This document shows positions 29,839 to 39,639 of a stretch of DNA of 64,000 bases, one piece after another (the first letter of the stretch is position 1; each line of letters begins with the position of its first letter). A model generated the notes under the pieces. The model was given only the letters and a program-made list of their open reading frames with translations, was not told the DNA's origin and did no database searches. The position numbers and the translations under genes are program-made. The stretch is from positions 352,001 through 416,000 of the forward strand of contig CAXXMR010000012.1 in assembly GCA_963663805.2 (NCBI GenBank), in the 5' to 3' direction. This stretch comes from Sedimentisphaerales bacterium (GTDB taxonomy: Bacteria > Planctomycetota > Phycisphaerae > Sedimentisphaerales > SM23-30).

Positions 29839-30714
29839 TTACAAACTCCGCCGTTTCCTCAGCCAACCTACCAAACCAATTCCCAAGCTACCCAACAACA
29901 GAGCACCCGGAGTCGGGACCGGCATCACAATTGGCGCACTGGCGAAAACAATCGAATCTTCCTGCGTTAAAGCCGCATCATGGCTAAACCAGTAATCGCC
30001 CGCTTTCAGCGTAATCGGAGTATTCAGAGTGTACTGTAAACAGTAAATATTATCCACGGCATTGCCGTAATCATCCCCCAGAATGCGGTCTATACCACTG
30101 TCGGACCAACTGAAGCTCCCGCCCAGTAAATCCGAGGACAGTACGTCGCCGTCAAATCCGCCGGTATTGACCGGCATTGTTCCATTAACACTCGACCAGA
30201 TATTCATCCGAAAATTGACAGATTCACAGTCACTGTTAAAGCCGCCGACTGTACTGTAGTAACCAACGATCTCATCAATCGTAACAGCTTCTTCCAGCCG
30301 GAAAAACCCCGCGTGAATCTGGTCATAGTTGTTCGACATCGAATATGCCCGGTACAGACCCGGCACATAACCGCTGCGTGAAACCCCCGTGCCGTCGTAG
30401 TAACTGCCCTGACTGCAATCTTCGATACCGTTATTATCGAAAACCGTTGCCCCGCCCGATTTGAGCGTCAAAGCGATACTCCCCGATGTATTGTTGTAGC
30501 CTTCCTTTACCCACTGGCCCATCGCCTTAAAACGCATAGGGTCGTCAGTGAGTGAAGCGATATTATGTCCATCCGCGGCCCCCGTGTCCACTTGCCCGCC
30601 GGTGATAACATAATACATCCCCTGAGCTGTGGTCTGGTACTCACCCGCCCCGTCAAAACTGCTCCCCGCCCAGGCCGGTACAACCAAAAGCAATATTAGC
30701 AATTTTTTGACCAT
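29839..30714 (-). CDS. Secreted protein with PEP-CTERM-like tail (VPTPG)
   Basis: Signal peptide MVKKLL...AWA; VPTPGALLLGSLGIGLVGWLRKRRSL. Confidence 0.88.
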   Translation of the reverse strand: MVKKLLILLLVVPAWAGSSFDGAGEYQTTAQGMYYVITGGQVDTGAADGHNIASLTDDPMRFKAMGQWVKEGYNNTSGSIALTLKSGGATVFDNNGIEDCSQGSYYDGTGVSRSGYVPGLYRAYSMSNNYDQIHAGFFRLEEAVTIDEIVGYYSTVGGFNSDCESVNFRMNIWSSVNGTMPVNTGGFDGDVLSSDLLGGSFSWSDSGIDRILGDDYGNAVDNIYCLQYTLNTPITLKAGDYWFSHDAALTQEDSIVFASAPIVMPVPTPGALLLGSLGIGLVGWLRKRRSL

Positions 30715-30875
30715 TCCATTATCCAATTATGCCCGGCACATTCAAAATGTGCGAATCTATACTGCTATCATCCTTCAATAGCGTCCCCGCCCAAAACCAC
30801 CGAAGCGGACCGGCCAACGCCTCACAGCGTTCGCCAGTCCGACTCCGTTGGATTAAAATACAAAAACGCTTACAC

Positions 30876-31982
30876 TTACAAACTGCGACGCTTACGCAGC
30901 CAGCCAACCAACCCCATACCCAAGCTGCCAAGCAGCAAAGCACCTGGGGCCGGAACCGCAACCGAAAGACCCCAAAGGGCTTCGCCAGTCACTTCATTAT
31001 TTTCACGTAGAGGATCCAGACCGGCAAATCCACCTGCCCAGCCACCGCTTGCAAGCTGCGAATTAGCAAGCCACCAGCCTGCCGATGAAATCGAATCCTG
31101 ATAAAGAGCCGAATCAACTGAATTCAAAGCTAAAATCGCATAAGCGGTTTCCTGAACGCCGGTATAAGCGTCATAAGGGTAAGTAGCGTATATGCCAAAA
31201 CCGCCGCCGTCAGCCTGATATGATACCAATGCGTCTGCCAGCTCAGTCAGGCTTTGCATACCATCAAGGTAACCGCCACTGATTGCGGTATCCAACTCGG
31301 TTACACCCAGAGCAGACAAGCCGTAAACACCACCAGCAAGACCAATCACGCTGTAATAACGACCGCCGTTATTGTAGTCACCGTTCCAATTGTGCAGCCC
31401 TGCCTCAATCTTGTCGGCCCAAATGTCAAGCTCAGCCTGTTCAACGCCGAGTTGAGCGGCGCCAACTGCGGCCAAGCCAACATCCCAGACACCTAAGTTA
31501 CCATAATTCTGAGAGGCTCTTATGTCTAGAATATACTGGGCATAGCTGGCAGTATCATAGAGTGTGCCGCTTTTGTCGTAAGTGCCACCAGCCAGAGCAT
31601 CATAAAACTCTGTTTTTACATCGGCAGCATAAGAAGCATCACCAGTAACCTGACTAAGCTCGTTCATAAAAATGCCGTTTCCGGTAGAATGTGGGGGGGA
31701 AACAGTCTTAATTAATTCACCAGCTTCAATGGCATTATTAAGAAAATCAATATTACCTGTCTGCTGATATGCCGCCAGAAGTCCCATAGCGGTAGGGGCA
31801 GCAGTATTGGAAGCACTGCCCGTTGCCGGATTACCGTCATCCAAAGGCCAATCCCAGCCGCCGTCTTCGTTCTGAAGATCGCCCAGACGAACACCGCCTG
31901 CCGTAAAAATCGAGGACGTATCCGCCCAGGATACCGAGCAAACCAGCATGACTATCAAAACAAAACTCAATAACTTCTTCAT
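30876..31982 (-). CDS. Secreted protein with prenyltransferase/squalene-cyclase-like QW repeats and PEP-CTERM-like tail
   Basis: MKKLLSF...SWA signal peptide; LQNEDGGW, YQADGGGF, SQLASGGW; VPAPGALLLGSLGMGLVGWLRKRRSL. Confidence 0.88.
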   Translation of the reverse strand: MKKLLSFVLIVMLVCSVSWADTSSIFTAGGVRLGDLQNEDGGWDWPLDDGNPATGSASNTAAPTAMGLLAAYQQTGNIDFLNNAIEAGELIKTVSPPHSTGNGIFMNELSQVTGDASYAADVKTEFYDALAGGTYDKSGTLYDTASYAQYILDIRASQNYGNLGVWDVGLAAVGAAQLGVEQAELDIWADKIEAGLHNWNGDYNNGGRYYSVIGLAGGVYGLSALGVTELDTAISGGYLDGMQSLTELADALVSYQADGGGFGIYATYPYDAYTGVQETAYAILALNSVDSALYQDSISSAGWWLANSQLASGGWAGGFAGLDPLRENNEVTGEALWGLSVAVPAPGALLLGSLGMGLVGWLRKRRSL

Positions 31983-32025
31983 GGTCTTTCCTTTCCAAGA
32001 AAATATTAAATTCCTAAAATCTAAA

Positions 32026-32742
32026 TTACAAGCCGCGACGCTTACGCAGCCAGCCAACCAAACCCATACCAAGGCTGCCAAGCAACAAAGCACCCGGAGC
32101 GGGAATTGCCGCGACACCCATACCTGACGCACGCCATTGTCCGGGAATCTCACCATCCAGGGTGCCGGGAAGAATAAATGCATCAATGCTGGTTGTGCCA
32201 AAATCCTGATTGGTGATAATGCTTATAGCTACACGGGAATTGGCTGTATCTACCGCGATGTCCATCCACATATCATCAGCGATTTCCGTACAGCCCCAGG
32301 CACCCAGCTCCGCAAAGGTCGCTTTCAGATAATCAACGCCCGGCATGTCGCGGGCATCAAGTGCGAAATAGTCTGAAAAGACCCCAACGTTAGACAAAAA
32401 ATTGAGAGTATGAGCTCTCACTTCAATCGCTAATTCCTGATTAGGATTGGCTACTGCCCAGGCAAATACATTTTCAGTGTCACTATATTCAAATGCGCCG
32501 TAGAAAGCGAAGTTGCCGCTAATCGGATTGGCTATGCCGTCACCGCCGATTTCTTCGGTACTCAAGGTGCTGCCCATCACACTTGAAAAGGCGGTTCCGT
32601 CCACAACCACATTATTGCCTGAGGCGTCGTAACTGAACCCGCCTTCAAGAACCGATGTGAACGGAACAAATTTCCAGTCAAGGCCCGCCATTGCCGGAGC
32701 AACCAACAAGCCTACAATCATAACAACCGCTAACTTTTTCAT
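32026..32742 (-). CDS. Secreted protein with PEP-CTERM-like tail (IPAPG)
   Basis: MKKLAV...AMA signal peptide; IPAPGALLLGSLGMGLVGWLRKRRGL; RBS ggagg. Confidence 0.88.
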   Translation of the reverse strand: MKKLAVVMIVGLLVAPAMAGLDWKFVPFTSVLEGGFSYDASGNNVVVDGTAFSSVMGSTLSTEEIGGDGIANPISGNFAFYGAFEYSDTENVFAWAVANPNQELAIEVRAHTLNFLSNVGVFSDYFALDARDMPGVDYLKATFAELGAWGCTEIADDMWMDIAVDTANSRVAISIITNQDFGTTSIDAFILPGTLDGEIPGQWRASGMGVAAIPAPGALLLGSLGMGLVGWLRKRRGL

Positions 32743-32778
32743 GGTTATACCTCCATTTGTGTGAAATAAGATTACCTT

Positions 32779-33474
32779 CTACAGCCCGCGACGCTTACGC
32801 AGCCAGCCAACCAATCCCATACCCAAACCGCCCAGCAGGATCGCTCCTGGGGCTGGAACAACTTCGACTACGAAATCTTGGTAGCTCATGCTCTGTAGGG
32901 CCAGAAGGTTAGCCTTGTCACCACTAAAATCAAAATCACTCAGCCAGTCACTGGCCAGAGCTACCGCGCCGGTAACGTTGCTGTTGGTACTACTATAAAC
33001 GTAGAAAGAGCCCGAACCTTCGGACAAACCCCATACGTCGTCGTAAACAATTTCCCATACCGCCAACTGAAATGCTGCGGCACTGATGTCATCATCAACT
33101 TCACTAATACGGGCCGCCCAAAGCTGGCGAATATAATCTGCTTTGACTATGCCCATGGCATTGCCGCCGGGACCATCCGGCTCAGGAGCGTCTTCCAGAT
33201 CTACAACTTCATAACTCTGAAATTGAGTGCTGCTCGGATCGGCTTCGATACAAAAACCCCAGCGAGGCAGAATCGGATCCTCTGACGGATCGAAATCCTT
33301 CATCTCAAAGTTATGAACACCAACCTTCATGTTGGAAATATTATAACTTGCTAACTGAACGTGCATACTTACTTCTGGCTCAACCTCGGTCAGTTTCAGC
33401 AAAAGTGTCGGGGCAGCGCCAGCTACGCCTGACATAAACACCAAAAACATCAACAATAAAATCAACTTCTTCAT
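32779..33474 (-). CDS. Secreted protein with a thioester-domain-like FCIE...QLAVW motif and PEP-CTERM-like tail
   Basis: MKKLIL...AGA signal peptide; WGFCIE, AAFQLAVWEIVYD; VPAPGAILLGGLGMGLVGWLRKRRGL. Confidence 0.88.
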   Translation of the reverse strand: MKKLILLLMFLVFMSGVAGAAPTLLLKLTEVEPEVSMHVQLASYNISNMKVGVHNFEMKDFDPSEDPILPRWGFCIEADPSSTQFQSYEVVDLEDAPEPDGPGGNAMGIVKADYIRQLWAARISEVDDDISAAAFQLAVWEIVYDDVWGLSEGSGSFYVYSSTNSNVTGAVALASDWLSDFDFSGDKANLLALQSMSYQDFVVEVVPAPGAILLGGLGMGLVGWLRKRRGL

Positions 33475-33575
33475 TTCTATTTTCCTTTCTAACAAATCCT
33501 TCTGTACTTCCACTACTTATACTTTTATGTACTACACCGACTCTTCCCTGGAGCCAGAACAAAACGATTATCTAA

Positions 33576-34295
33576 TTATAGACCTCGACGCCTACGCAGC
33601 CAGCCAACTAGACTCATACCCAGACCGCCCAGAAAAATCGCACCAGGTGCGGGAACTGACGGAGGGTAAAAGTTGTTGGTAACCCGAACAATCATGTCCT
33701 GAACATAATCACCAGCCTGGGGGTTCTCCAGATCGGTACCAACCCGCCAGAGATTCAGAACCATAATGTCATTATTGATGTAGCTTGCTCCACCAACAAT
33801 AGCGGCGTCAACGTATGCCTGGGCACCAGCGGTGAGTTCGCCGGAATCAGTGATTTCACCTTCCAGATACCAGAACGCCATCTGGTAGTTCTTGGCAATT
33901 GTGCTGCTGCTGTTACCGCTGCCGTCGATACCGTAGTTCGTGACAAAGTTGTCGAACAGCCAAGCGGATTCATTGCTGAGCGGATCAAAACCGCCGGTTG
34001 CACCGGTTAAACCACCCATAGTAGCGCTGTCACTGATACTCGCATCATATGTGCCTTTGCTGATATGCTCGTCAAATTCCAGACAAAAAGTTGCGAAACT
34101 GCCGGCGACAGGCTGAATTGCATAACCCTCAAAGCCAGAGACAGTGAAGTTCATTTGCCCGGCATAATAACCATTATAAGTGCCGGTTGGTGAAACGCCG
34201 GTGAAGGTTACAGTGGGATTGGCCCAGGCCCCGGAAACTGCCACAAACAAAAGCAGTAAAACGGCAATACTTGATTTCTTAACTACATCATTCAT
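33576..34295 (-). CDS. Secreted protein with a thioester-domain-like FCLE...QMAFW motif and PEP-CTERM-like tail
   Basis: Signal peptide ending AWA; TFCLE, YQMAFWYLEGE; VPAPGAIFLGGLGMSLVGWLRRRRGL; RBS aaggag. Confidence 0.88.
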   Translation of the reverse strand: MNDVVKKSSIAVLLLLFVAVSGAWANPTVTFTGVSPTGTYNGYYAGQMNFTVSGFEGYAIQPVAGSFATFCLEFDEHISKGTYDASISDSATMGGLTGATGGFDPLSNESAWLFDNFVTNYGIDGSGNSSSTIAKNYQMAFWYLEGEITDSGELTAGAQAYVDAAIVGGASYINNDIMVLNLWRVGTDLENPQAGDYVQDMIVRVTNNFYPPSVPAPGAIFLGGLGMSLVGWLRRRRGL

Positions 34296-34354
34296 TAATA
34301 TTACTCCTTGGTACTACAAATTTCTAAATTTTGGTTTTCGCTCCACCACGGGCT

Positions 34355-35239
34355 TTACAAATTACACCCTGTTGGGAGCATAAAATAACTCCGGCCAATT
34401 ACGGGCACGCACCCGCAAGACCATATTACTCTCAAGCCAAAACCCGGGAGGGCTCTCTCGAGACTGTCCACATTGATAAGGTAGGATAAAAGTGGAGAGA
34501 GTTCCGCTTTTCCCGTGGGGATACGGGACTGCGAAAAATATGAAATCCTGTCAGCCAGAACAGCCCACAGGGTAATAAGCCAATTCGATTCAGATGTGCG
34601 TAAACCCCAACTGCCTGTATCCAGACGGTTGCGGCCTACGGATTGTGCCCCCTCGATGTTGTGTCCCCCGGCTGCCCTTCCCTCGCTATCAGCCAGACGG
34701 TGTAACATCCCTACATAGGATACAATATCAAAACGACCTTCAGGGCAATCCTGTTCTACCTGACTGCTAAAATGACGTTGCAGTACCGACGTTGACAGTA
34801 TTGCCCATCTGTCCCCCAGACGCCGGCCCAACTCAGGAAGGTATTCGACCCCCGATCGGCCCAAAGATGAAACCTGAACCATCAGGGACATTATCAGCCG
34901 ACGCTCACGGAAGGTTACGACAATCAGAAATCCCAGCAGGCCCAATAATAAGGTACTAGGCAAAGCCGGAACCACCCAACCAGCCAATTTTGAATTTGAA
35001 GAAATTATTTTGGGCTCAAGAAGCCCCCGGCCAACTGCCGATAAAGGCGATACGGTGGGGTTTGTAGAAATATCTTCCCCAACAGTAATTCCCATACCCG
35101 AATCATCGGATATTACCGCCACAGAGAAAACTGAATCTAACTCCGACCTGTCATAAATGCACGCAGGAGAAGCTAACGCACTGGAACTTGCCCAGAACGA
35201 TAAAAGCGCAACCAGTATCTTTAGTAATCTCCTGTCCAA
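34355..35239 (-). CDS. Hypothetical protein with a signal peptide and an internal sorting-signal-like TM segment
   Basis: MDRRLLKILVALL...ALA; internal VPALPSTLLLGLLGFLIVVTFRERR; RBS ggaga; co-oriented with the array. Confidence 0.6.
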   Translation of the reverse strand: MDRRLLKILVALLSFWASSSALASPACIYDRSELDSVFSVAVISDDSGMGITVGEDISTNPTVSPLSAVGRGLLEPKIISSNSKLAGWVVPALPSTLLLGLLGFLIVVTFRERRLIMSLMVQVSSLGRSGVEYLPELGRRLGDRWAILSTSVLQRHFSSQVEQDCPEGRFDIVSYVGMLHRLADSEGRAAGGHNIEGAQSVGRNRLDTGSWGLRTSESNWLITLWAVLADRISYFSQSRIPTGKAELSPLLSYLINVDSLERALPGFGLRVIWSCGCVPVIGRSYFMLPTGCNL

Positions 35240-35943
35240 GTCTTCTCCCAGTCCGCTTGGAGCGATAACCCCTTCTGAGGGCTATAGTTAATAAATTATA
35301 TCGAAAACGCTGCTTAGCAGCCGCAAAAATCCTACACCTTCCGAGGACCATTGGTATACGCCCTTAACATCCCGAAAAAGTGACAATATTAGTAAAATTC
35401 AGAAACGCCCGACTGGACATCAGCCAGAAACAGCTCAAAAACTGTCCATACTGGCTAGTAAGAATTTCACAACTTGCTATAGATTACCGAAACCAGATAG
35501 GCTTGTCTATCGTGGTAAATACGGTATTTTGCCAAAAAAATATTTTCTCCAATTTTCTCAACATCCTGTTATCGTCAGGATACAAACCCTCATCCAGTTA
35601 CTTTCCTGAATTATACTCTGGGCTCACCAAAAAATCAAGCTCAATCGGCAAAATCATAGAATTTCTTTATAAAAAATTTAGAAAATCAGCCCAATATCTT
35701 CATAATCTGCTTTCCGGAAAGCTTTATAGTCAAATATGTTATATTATAGGTCGTAAAATCAGAGACTTCTTAGCCCATCAACCCCCGCCAACAGTATTCT
35801 TGCATCCGTATAAGGATTTTTGCCGAAGATTTTGTGCAATCTGCCAAATTGGCATGGTTTTGGGGACGTATATTTGAGTTATATTTGTCAATTGTTGCTG
35901 TAAAGCATTACAAGATAATGTTTTATGTGTTGCATTGGCGGTT

Positions 35944-35959
35944 TGGCACAAATCTTGCT
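35944..35959 (+). promoter_or_regulatory. sigma54 (-24/-12) promoter of clpB
   Basis: TGGCAC-AAATC-TTGCT, an exact consensus match about 70 nt upstream of the ATG. Confidence 0.8.
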
Positions 35960-36028
35960 TTACCTAAATTAACGTGAGACCTGACTACTTTAGGGCAAGC
36001 CCGCTATGGATAGAAACGGAGCATCAAT

Positions 36029-38617
36029 ATGAGATTGGAAAAACTTACCGTTAGAGCTCAGCAGGCCTTAGCTGCCGCTCAGGAATCAGCCCAGACCGCC
36101 GGGCATTCCACCATCACTCCATTGCACTTATTGAATAGCCTGGTTGGAGAGGACGACGGCGGGCTCATCGCTCCCTTGCTGGGGAAGGTTGGCATCGATC
36201 TGACCCAGCTTCGTTCGATGGTTCATAGTGAACTGGGGCGGCTGCCCAAGGTCAGCGGAGGCACAGCCCGGATAGTCACCGATCCCCAACTAAATCAGGT
36301 GCTCGGCCAAGCCCAGAAGGAAGCACAAAATCTCAAGGATGAATATCTCAGCACCGAGCATTTGCTTTTAGCATTGTTGGAAGTCAAGAGTACCGCCCAG
36401 GAGATAATGACGGTAAACGCCCTCAAAAGAGAGGATGTCGAAGCCGCCCTCAAGGAAATTCGTGGCGACCGGCGGGTAATGGACCAGAACCCCGAAGAAA
36501 AATACCAGGCTTTACAGCGTTTCGGTATTGACCTTATTGAATTAGCCCGGTCCGGCAAACTCGACCCGGTCATTGGCCGGGATGATGAAGTCCGGCGTTG
36601 TATGCAGGTTCTCAGTCGGCGTACCAAAAACAACCCTGTGCTTATCGGCGAACCAGGTGTCGGCAAGACCGCGATTGTTGAAGGTCTTGCCCAGCGAATT
36701 GTCAACGGCGACGTTCCTACCGGCCTGAAAGACAAACGCGTAATTTCCCTGGATATGGGCGCACTTATTGCCGGGGCTAAATACCGTGGTGAATTTGAAG
36801 ACAGACTAAAGGCCGTGCTCAAAGATGTTACCGATTCCGACGGCCAGGTTATTCTTTTCATTGACGAACTTCATCTGGTAGTCGGTGCCGGCAAAGCCGA
36901 AGGCGCTGTCGATGCCGGTAATCTGCTCAAGCCCGCCCTGGCACGTGGCCAACTCCGTTGCATTGGCGCAACCACGCTCGACGAATACCGCGAACATATC
37001 GAAAAAGACGCGGCCCTGGAACGCCGCTTCCAGCCTATCGTCGTCGAAGAGCCCTCCGTTGAAGATACCATCGCTATTCTACGCGGCCTCAAACCTCGCT
37101 ACGATACTCACCACGGCGTGCGTATCACCGATGCCGCGCTGGTCTCCGCGGCAACTTTGAGCCACCGTTATATCACTGGTCGCTTCCTGCCTGACAAAGC
37201 CATCGACCTCATCGACGAAGCAGCCTCACGTTTGCGTATAGAAAATGATTCACTGCCCAGCGAGCTGGACGAACTTCGCCGCCGTATCGTGCAGTTGCAG
37301 ATTGAACGGGAAGCCCTCAAAAAGGAAACCGACGAAGGTTCTCGCGACCGACTCGAAAAGCTCCAGAAACAGCTTGCCGACCTGGAGGAAAAAAACCGTG
37401 CCCTTACCACGCAGTGGGAAAAAGAGGTCGGCTCGCTGCGGGACATCAAGTCTTTACAGGAACAGCTCGACTCCGCCAAAAATCAATTTGACGAAGCCCA
37501 GCGTAACGGCGATCTCGAAACCGCTGCCCGGCTGCGCTATGAAACCATGCGAAATCTCGAATCACAGATTGCCGAAAAGGAGTCATTCTACGACGCCCAG
37601 AACGGAAATCGGCTGGTTAAGGAAGAAGTCACCTCCGATGAAATCGCCGAGGTTGTTGCCAAGTGGACCGGCATACCCGTTTCACGCCTGATGACCGGCG
37701 AGCAGGAAAAACTGCTGCACATGGAAGACAATCTTCGTAAACGTGTTGTCGGTCAGGACCAAGGCGTTCGCGCGGTTTGCGATGCCATCCGCCGCGCCCG
37801 CGCCGGGCTGGGCGACCCTAATCGTCCCATCGGCAGTTTCATGTTCCTCGGCCCAACCGGTGTTGGTAAAACTGAACTTGCCCGTGCTTTGGCTGAGTTT
37901 ATGTTCAATGACGAGAACGCCATGATTCGCATCGACATGAGTGAATACATGGAAGCCCACAGCGTTTCGCGTTTAATTGGTGCCCCTCCCGGATACGTCG
38001 GCTACGAAGAAGGCGGACGTTTAACCGAAGCCGTACGCCGTCGCCCTTATTGTGTCATTCTCCTGGACGAACTGGAAAAAGCCCATCGCGACGTTTTCAA
38101 TGTACTGCTGCAAGTACTCGACGACGGCAGATTGACTGACGGACACGGACGCACCGTTGATTTCAAAAATACCGTCATCATCATGACCAGCAATATCGCC
38201 GGGGCCCATATACAGAAACTTTCCGAGCAGGAAGGGGCCGACTGGGAAATTGAAGCCCACGTCAAGGAAGTACTCAAACAGGCATTCCGACCCGAATTCC
38301 TCAATCGGCTCGACGAAACCATCGTCTTCCATCCCCTGGGCCGCGACCAGCTCCGCTCGATTGTCGATATCCAGCTGCGCTATCTCCACAAACGCCTGGC
38401 CCAACGAAACCTCTTGCTTGAGGTCACCGACAACGCCAAAGACCTGCTCCTCCAAGAAGGCTACGACCCCGCCTACGGCGCCCGTCCCTTAAAACGAGCC
38501 ATCCAGCAGAAAATCGAAAACCCCCTGGCCCAGCTCATACTTGCCGGAAAGTTCATCGAAAACGATACTATCAACATAGACGCCGACCAGCATAGTTTCC
38601 ATTTCGAGAAAGCATAG
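36029..38617 (+). CDS. clpB: ATP-dependent chaperone ClpB
   Basis: [25 protein letters not shown], long coiled-coil middle domain, GARPLKR. Confidence 0.97.
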   Translation: MRLEKLTVRAQQALAAAQESAQTAGHSTITPLHLLNSLVGEDDGGLIAPLLGKVGIDLTQLRSMVHSELGRLPKVSGGTARIVTDPQLNQVLGQAQKEAQNLKDEYLSTEHLLLALLEVKSTAQEIMTVNALKREDVEAALKEIRGDRRVMDQNPEEKYQALQRFGIDLIELARSGKLDPVIGRDDEVRRCMQVLSRRTKNNPVLIGEPGVGKTAIVEGLAQRIVNGDVPTGLKDKRVISLDMGALIAGAKYRGEFEDRLKAVLKDVTDSDGQVILFIDELHLVVGAGKAEGAVDAGNLLKPALARGQLRCIGATTLDEYREHIEKDAALERRFQPIVVEEPSVEDTIAILRGLKPRYDTHHGVRITDAALVSAATLSHRYITGRFLPDKAIDLIDEAASRLRIENDSLPSELDELRRRIVQLQIEREALKKETDEGSRDRLEKLQKQLADLEEKNRALTTQWEKEVGSLRDIKSLQEQLDSAKNQFDEAQRNGDLETAARLRYETMRNLESQIAEKESFYDAQNGNRLVKEEVTSDEIAEVVAKWTGIPVSRLMTGEQEKLLHMEDNLRKRVVGQDQGVRAVCDAIRRARAGLGDPNRPIGSFMFLGPTGVGKTELARALAEFMFNDENAMIRIDMSEYMEAHSVSRLIGAPPGYVGYEEGGRLTEAVRRRPYCVILLDELEKAHRDVFNVLLQVLDDGRLTDGHGRTVDFKNTVIIMTSNIAGAHIQKLSEQEGADWEIEAHVKEVLKQAFRPEFLNRLDETIVFHPLGRDQLRSIVDIQLRYLHKRLAQRNLLLEVTDNAKDLLLQEGYDPAYGARPLKRAIQQKIENPLAQLILAGKFIENDTINIDADQHSFHFEKA

Positions 38618-38633
38618 GACTTTCTCTCAATAT

Positions 38634-39059
38634 CTAACCGCCGCCCTTAACCCGAAACGCGCTTTCCCAGTGCCGGACAGTGACTTTCCCTTTTACAGGC
38701 CGAACCAACACGACCACATCAAAGCGGCACACGCACTTTTCCAGTTGCCTCTGTCGGATAAAATCTTTCGCCGCCCGTTCGATTCGTAACTGTTTGCCGT
38801 AATTAACCGCCGATTCTCCGCTCGCGAAATCTTCGCTGGTACGGGTTTTGACTTCCACAAACACGACAACGCCCCTCCGCCGCATTATCAAATCCACTTC
38901 GCCGCGTCTGGTGGCGTAATTTCGTTTTATAAGTTTATAGCCCCGCCGCTTCAGATATTTCTCGGCCTTCTTTTCGCCCCACCTGCCCAACCGGGCTTTA
39001 GGGGCGGTCTCTGCCCTGCCCCGCCTGAGCCCCAGAATCGTCAGCAACCGTTCCAACAT
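38634..39059 (-). CDS. yraN: YraN family endonuclease
   Basis: LGRWGEKKA..YL, GEVDLI, FVEVKTR, RFDVV. Confidence 0.92.
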   Translation of the reverse strand: MLERLLTILGLRRGRAETAPKARLGRWGEKKAEKYLKRRGYKLIKRNYATRRGEVDLIMRRRGVVVFVEVKTRTSEDFASGESAVNYGKQLRIERAAKDFIRQRQLEKCVCRFDVVVLVRPVKGKVTVRHWESAFRVKGGG

Positions 39060-39072
39060 ACCTGCCCCTGAC

Positions 39073-39107
39073 AAAAAACACGCGGACGGCGCATAACGAC
39101 CGTCCGC
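39073..39107 (-). terminator. Probable intrinsic terminator after rplS
   Basis: gcggacgg/ccgtccgc stem followed by a T-tract on the minus strand. Confidence 0.6.
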
Positions 39108-39165
39108 TTATCTTGTCGCCCATAAAAATCAGGCCTGATATTCGTTTTGAAAGAGCCTGTCGGCT

Positions 39166-39534
39166 TTATTTCTTGCCAACCCATTTCTCACGCAGACGAA
39201 CCGATTTGCCGGTACGCTGACGCAGGAAATAGAGCTTGCTGCGGCGGGTAAAACCGCTGCGAACCACGTCAACCTTCGCAACGTTGGGCGAATTTACCGG
39301 GAAGATACGCTCAACACCTTCGTTGTTCACGATACGACGGACCGTAAACACTTCGTTGATGCCGCTGCCCTTCCGGGAAATGACCGTGCCGTTGAACACC
39401 TGGACGCGGTGCTTGTTGCCTTCAACGATCTTGACATGCACATCGACCGTATCGCCAATCTGGAACGAAGGCTTATCAGCCTTCATGTGCGAGCTCTCAA
39501 CCGCCGCCATAATTTCTGTTGCATTACTTAACAT
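39166..39534 (-). CDS. rplS: 50S ribosomal protein L19
   Basis: GDTVDVHVKIVEG, FTVRRI, GVERIFP, RRSKLYFLR; RBS aggag. Confidence 0.97.
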   Translation of the reverse strand: MLSNATEIMAAVESSHMKADKPSFQIGDTVDVHVKIVEGNKHRVQVFNGTVISRKGSGINEVFTVRRIVNNEGVERIFPVNSPNVAKVDVVRSGFTRRSKLYFLRQRTGKSVRLREKWVGKK

Positions 39535-39639
39535 AACAAACTCCTGTTCTATTCCGCTTTCTGTATTTCTAATTAACTTTTGCAAAATGACAATTTGGCA
39601 AAACTCCAGTTTCTAGCTTTTCTTTGCCGTTGTCTGTTC

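Noticed and set aside
30719..32201. Alternative-frame ORFs with repeated VLCCLAAWVWGWLAGCVSVA and the long N-terminal extension of ORF 30876..32201
   Set aside because: Off-frame translation of the repeated tail DNA; the real start is at 31982.
28162..33656. Regularly recurring ~80-nt repeats considered as a CRISPR array or integron attC sites
   Set aside because: They are coding tails spaced 0.75-1.15 kb apart, not palindromic, and no cas or integrase gene is present.
35240..35840. sigma54 promoter for the sorted-protein array, as in PrsK/PrsR systems
   Set aside because: No correctly spaced GG-N10-GC consensus noticed on the minus strand, and no prsK/prsR genes in the window.
35380..35877. 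165-aa plus-strand ORF between the array and clpB
   Set aside because: AT-rich, no RBS or recognisable motif; more likely divergent regulatory DNA.
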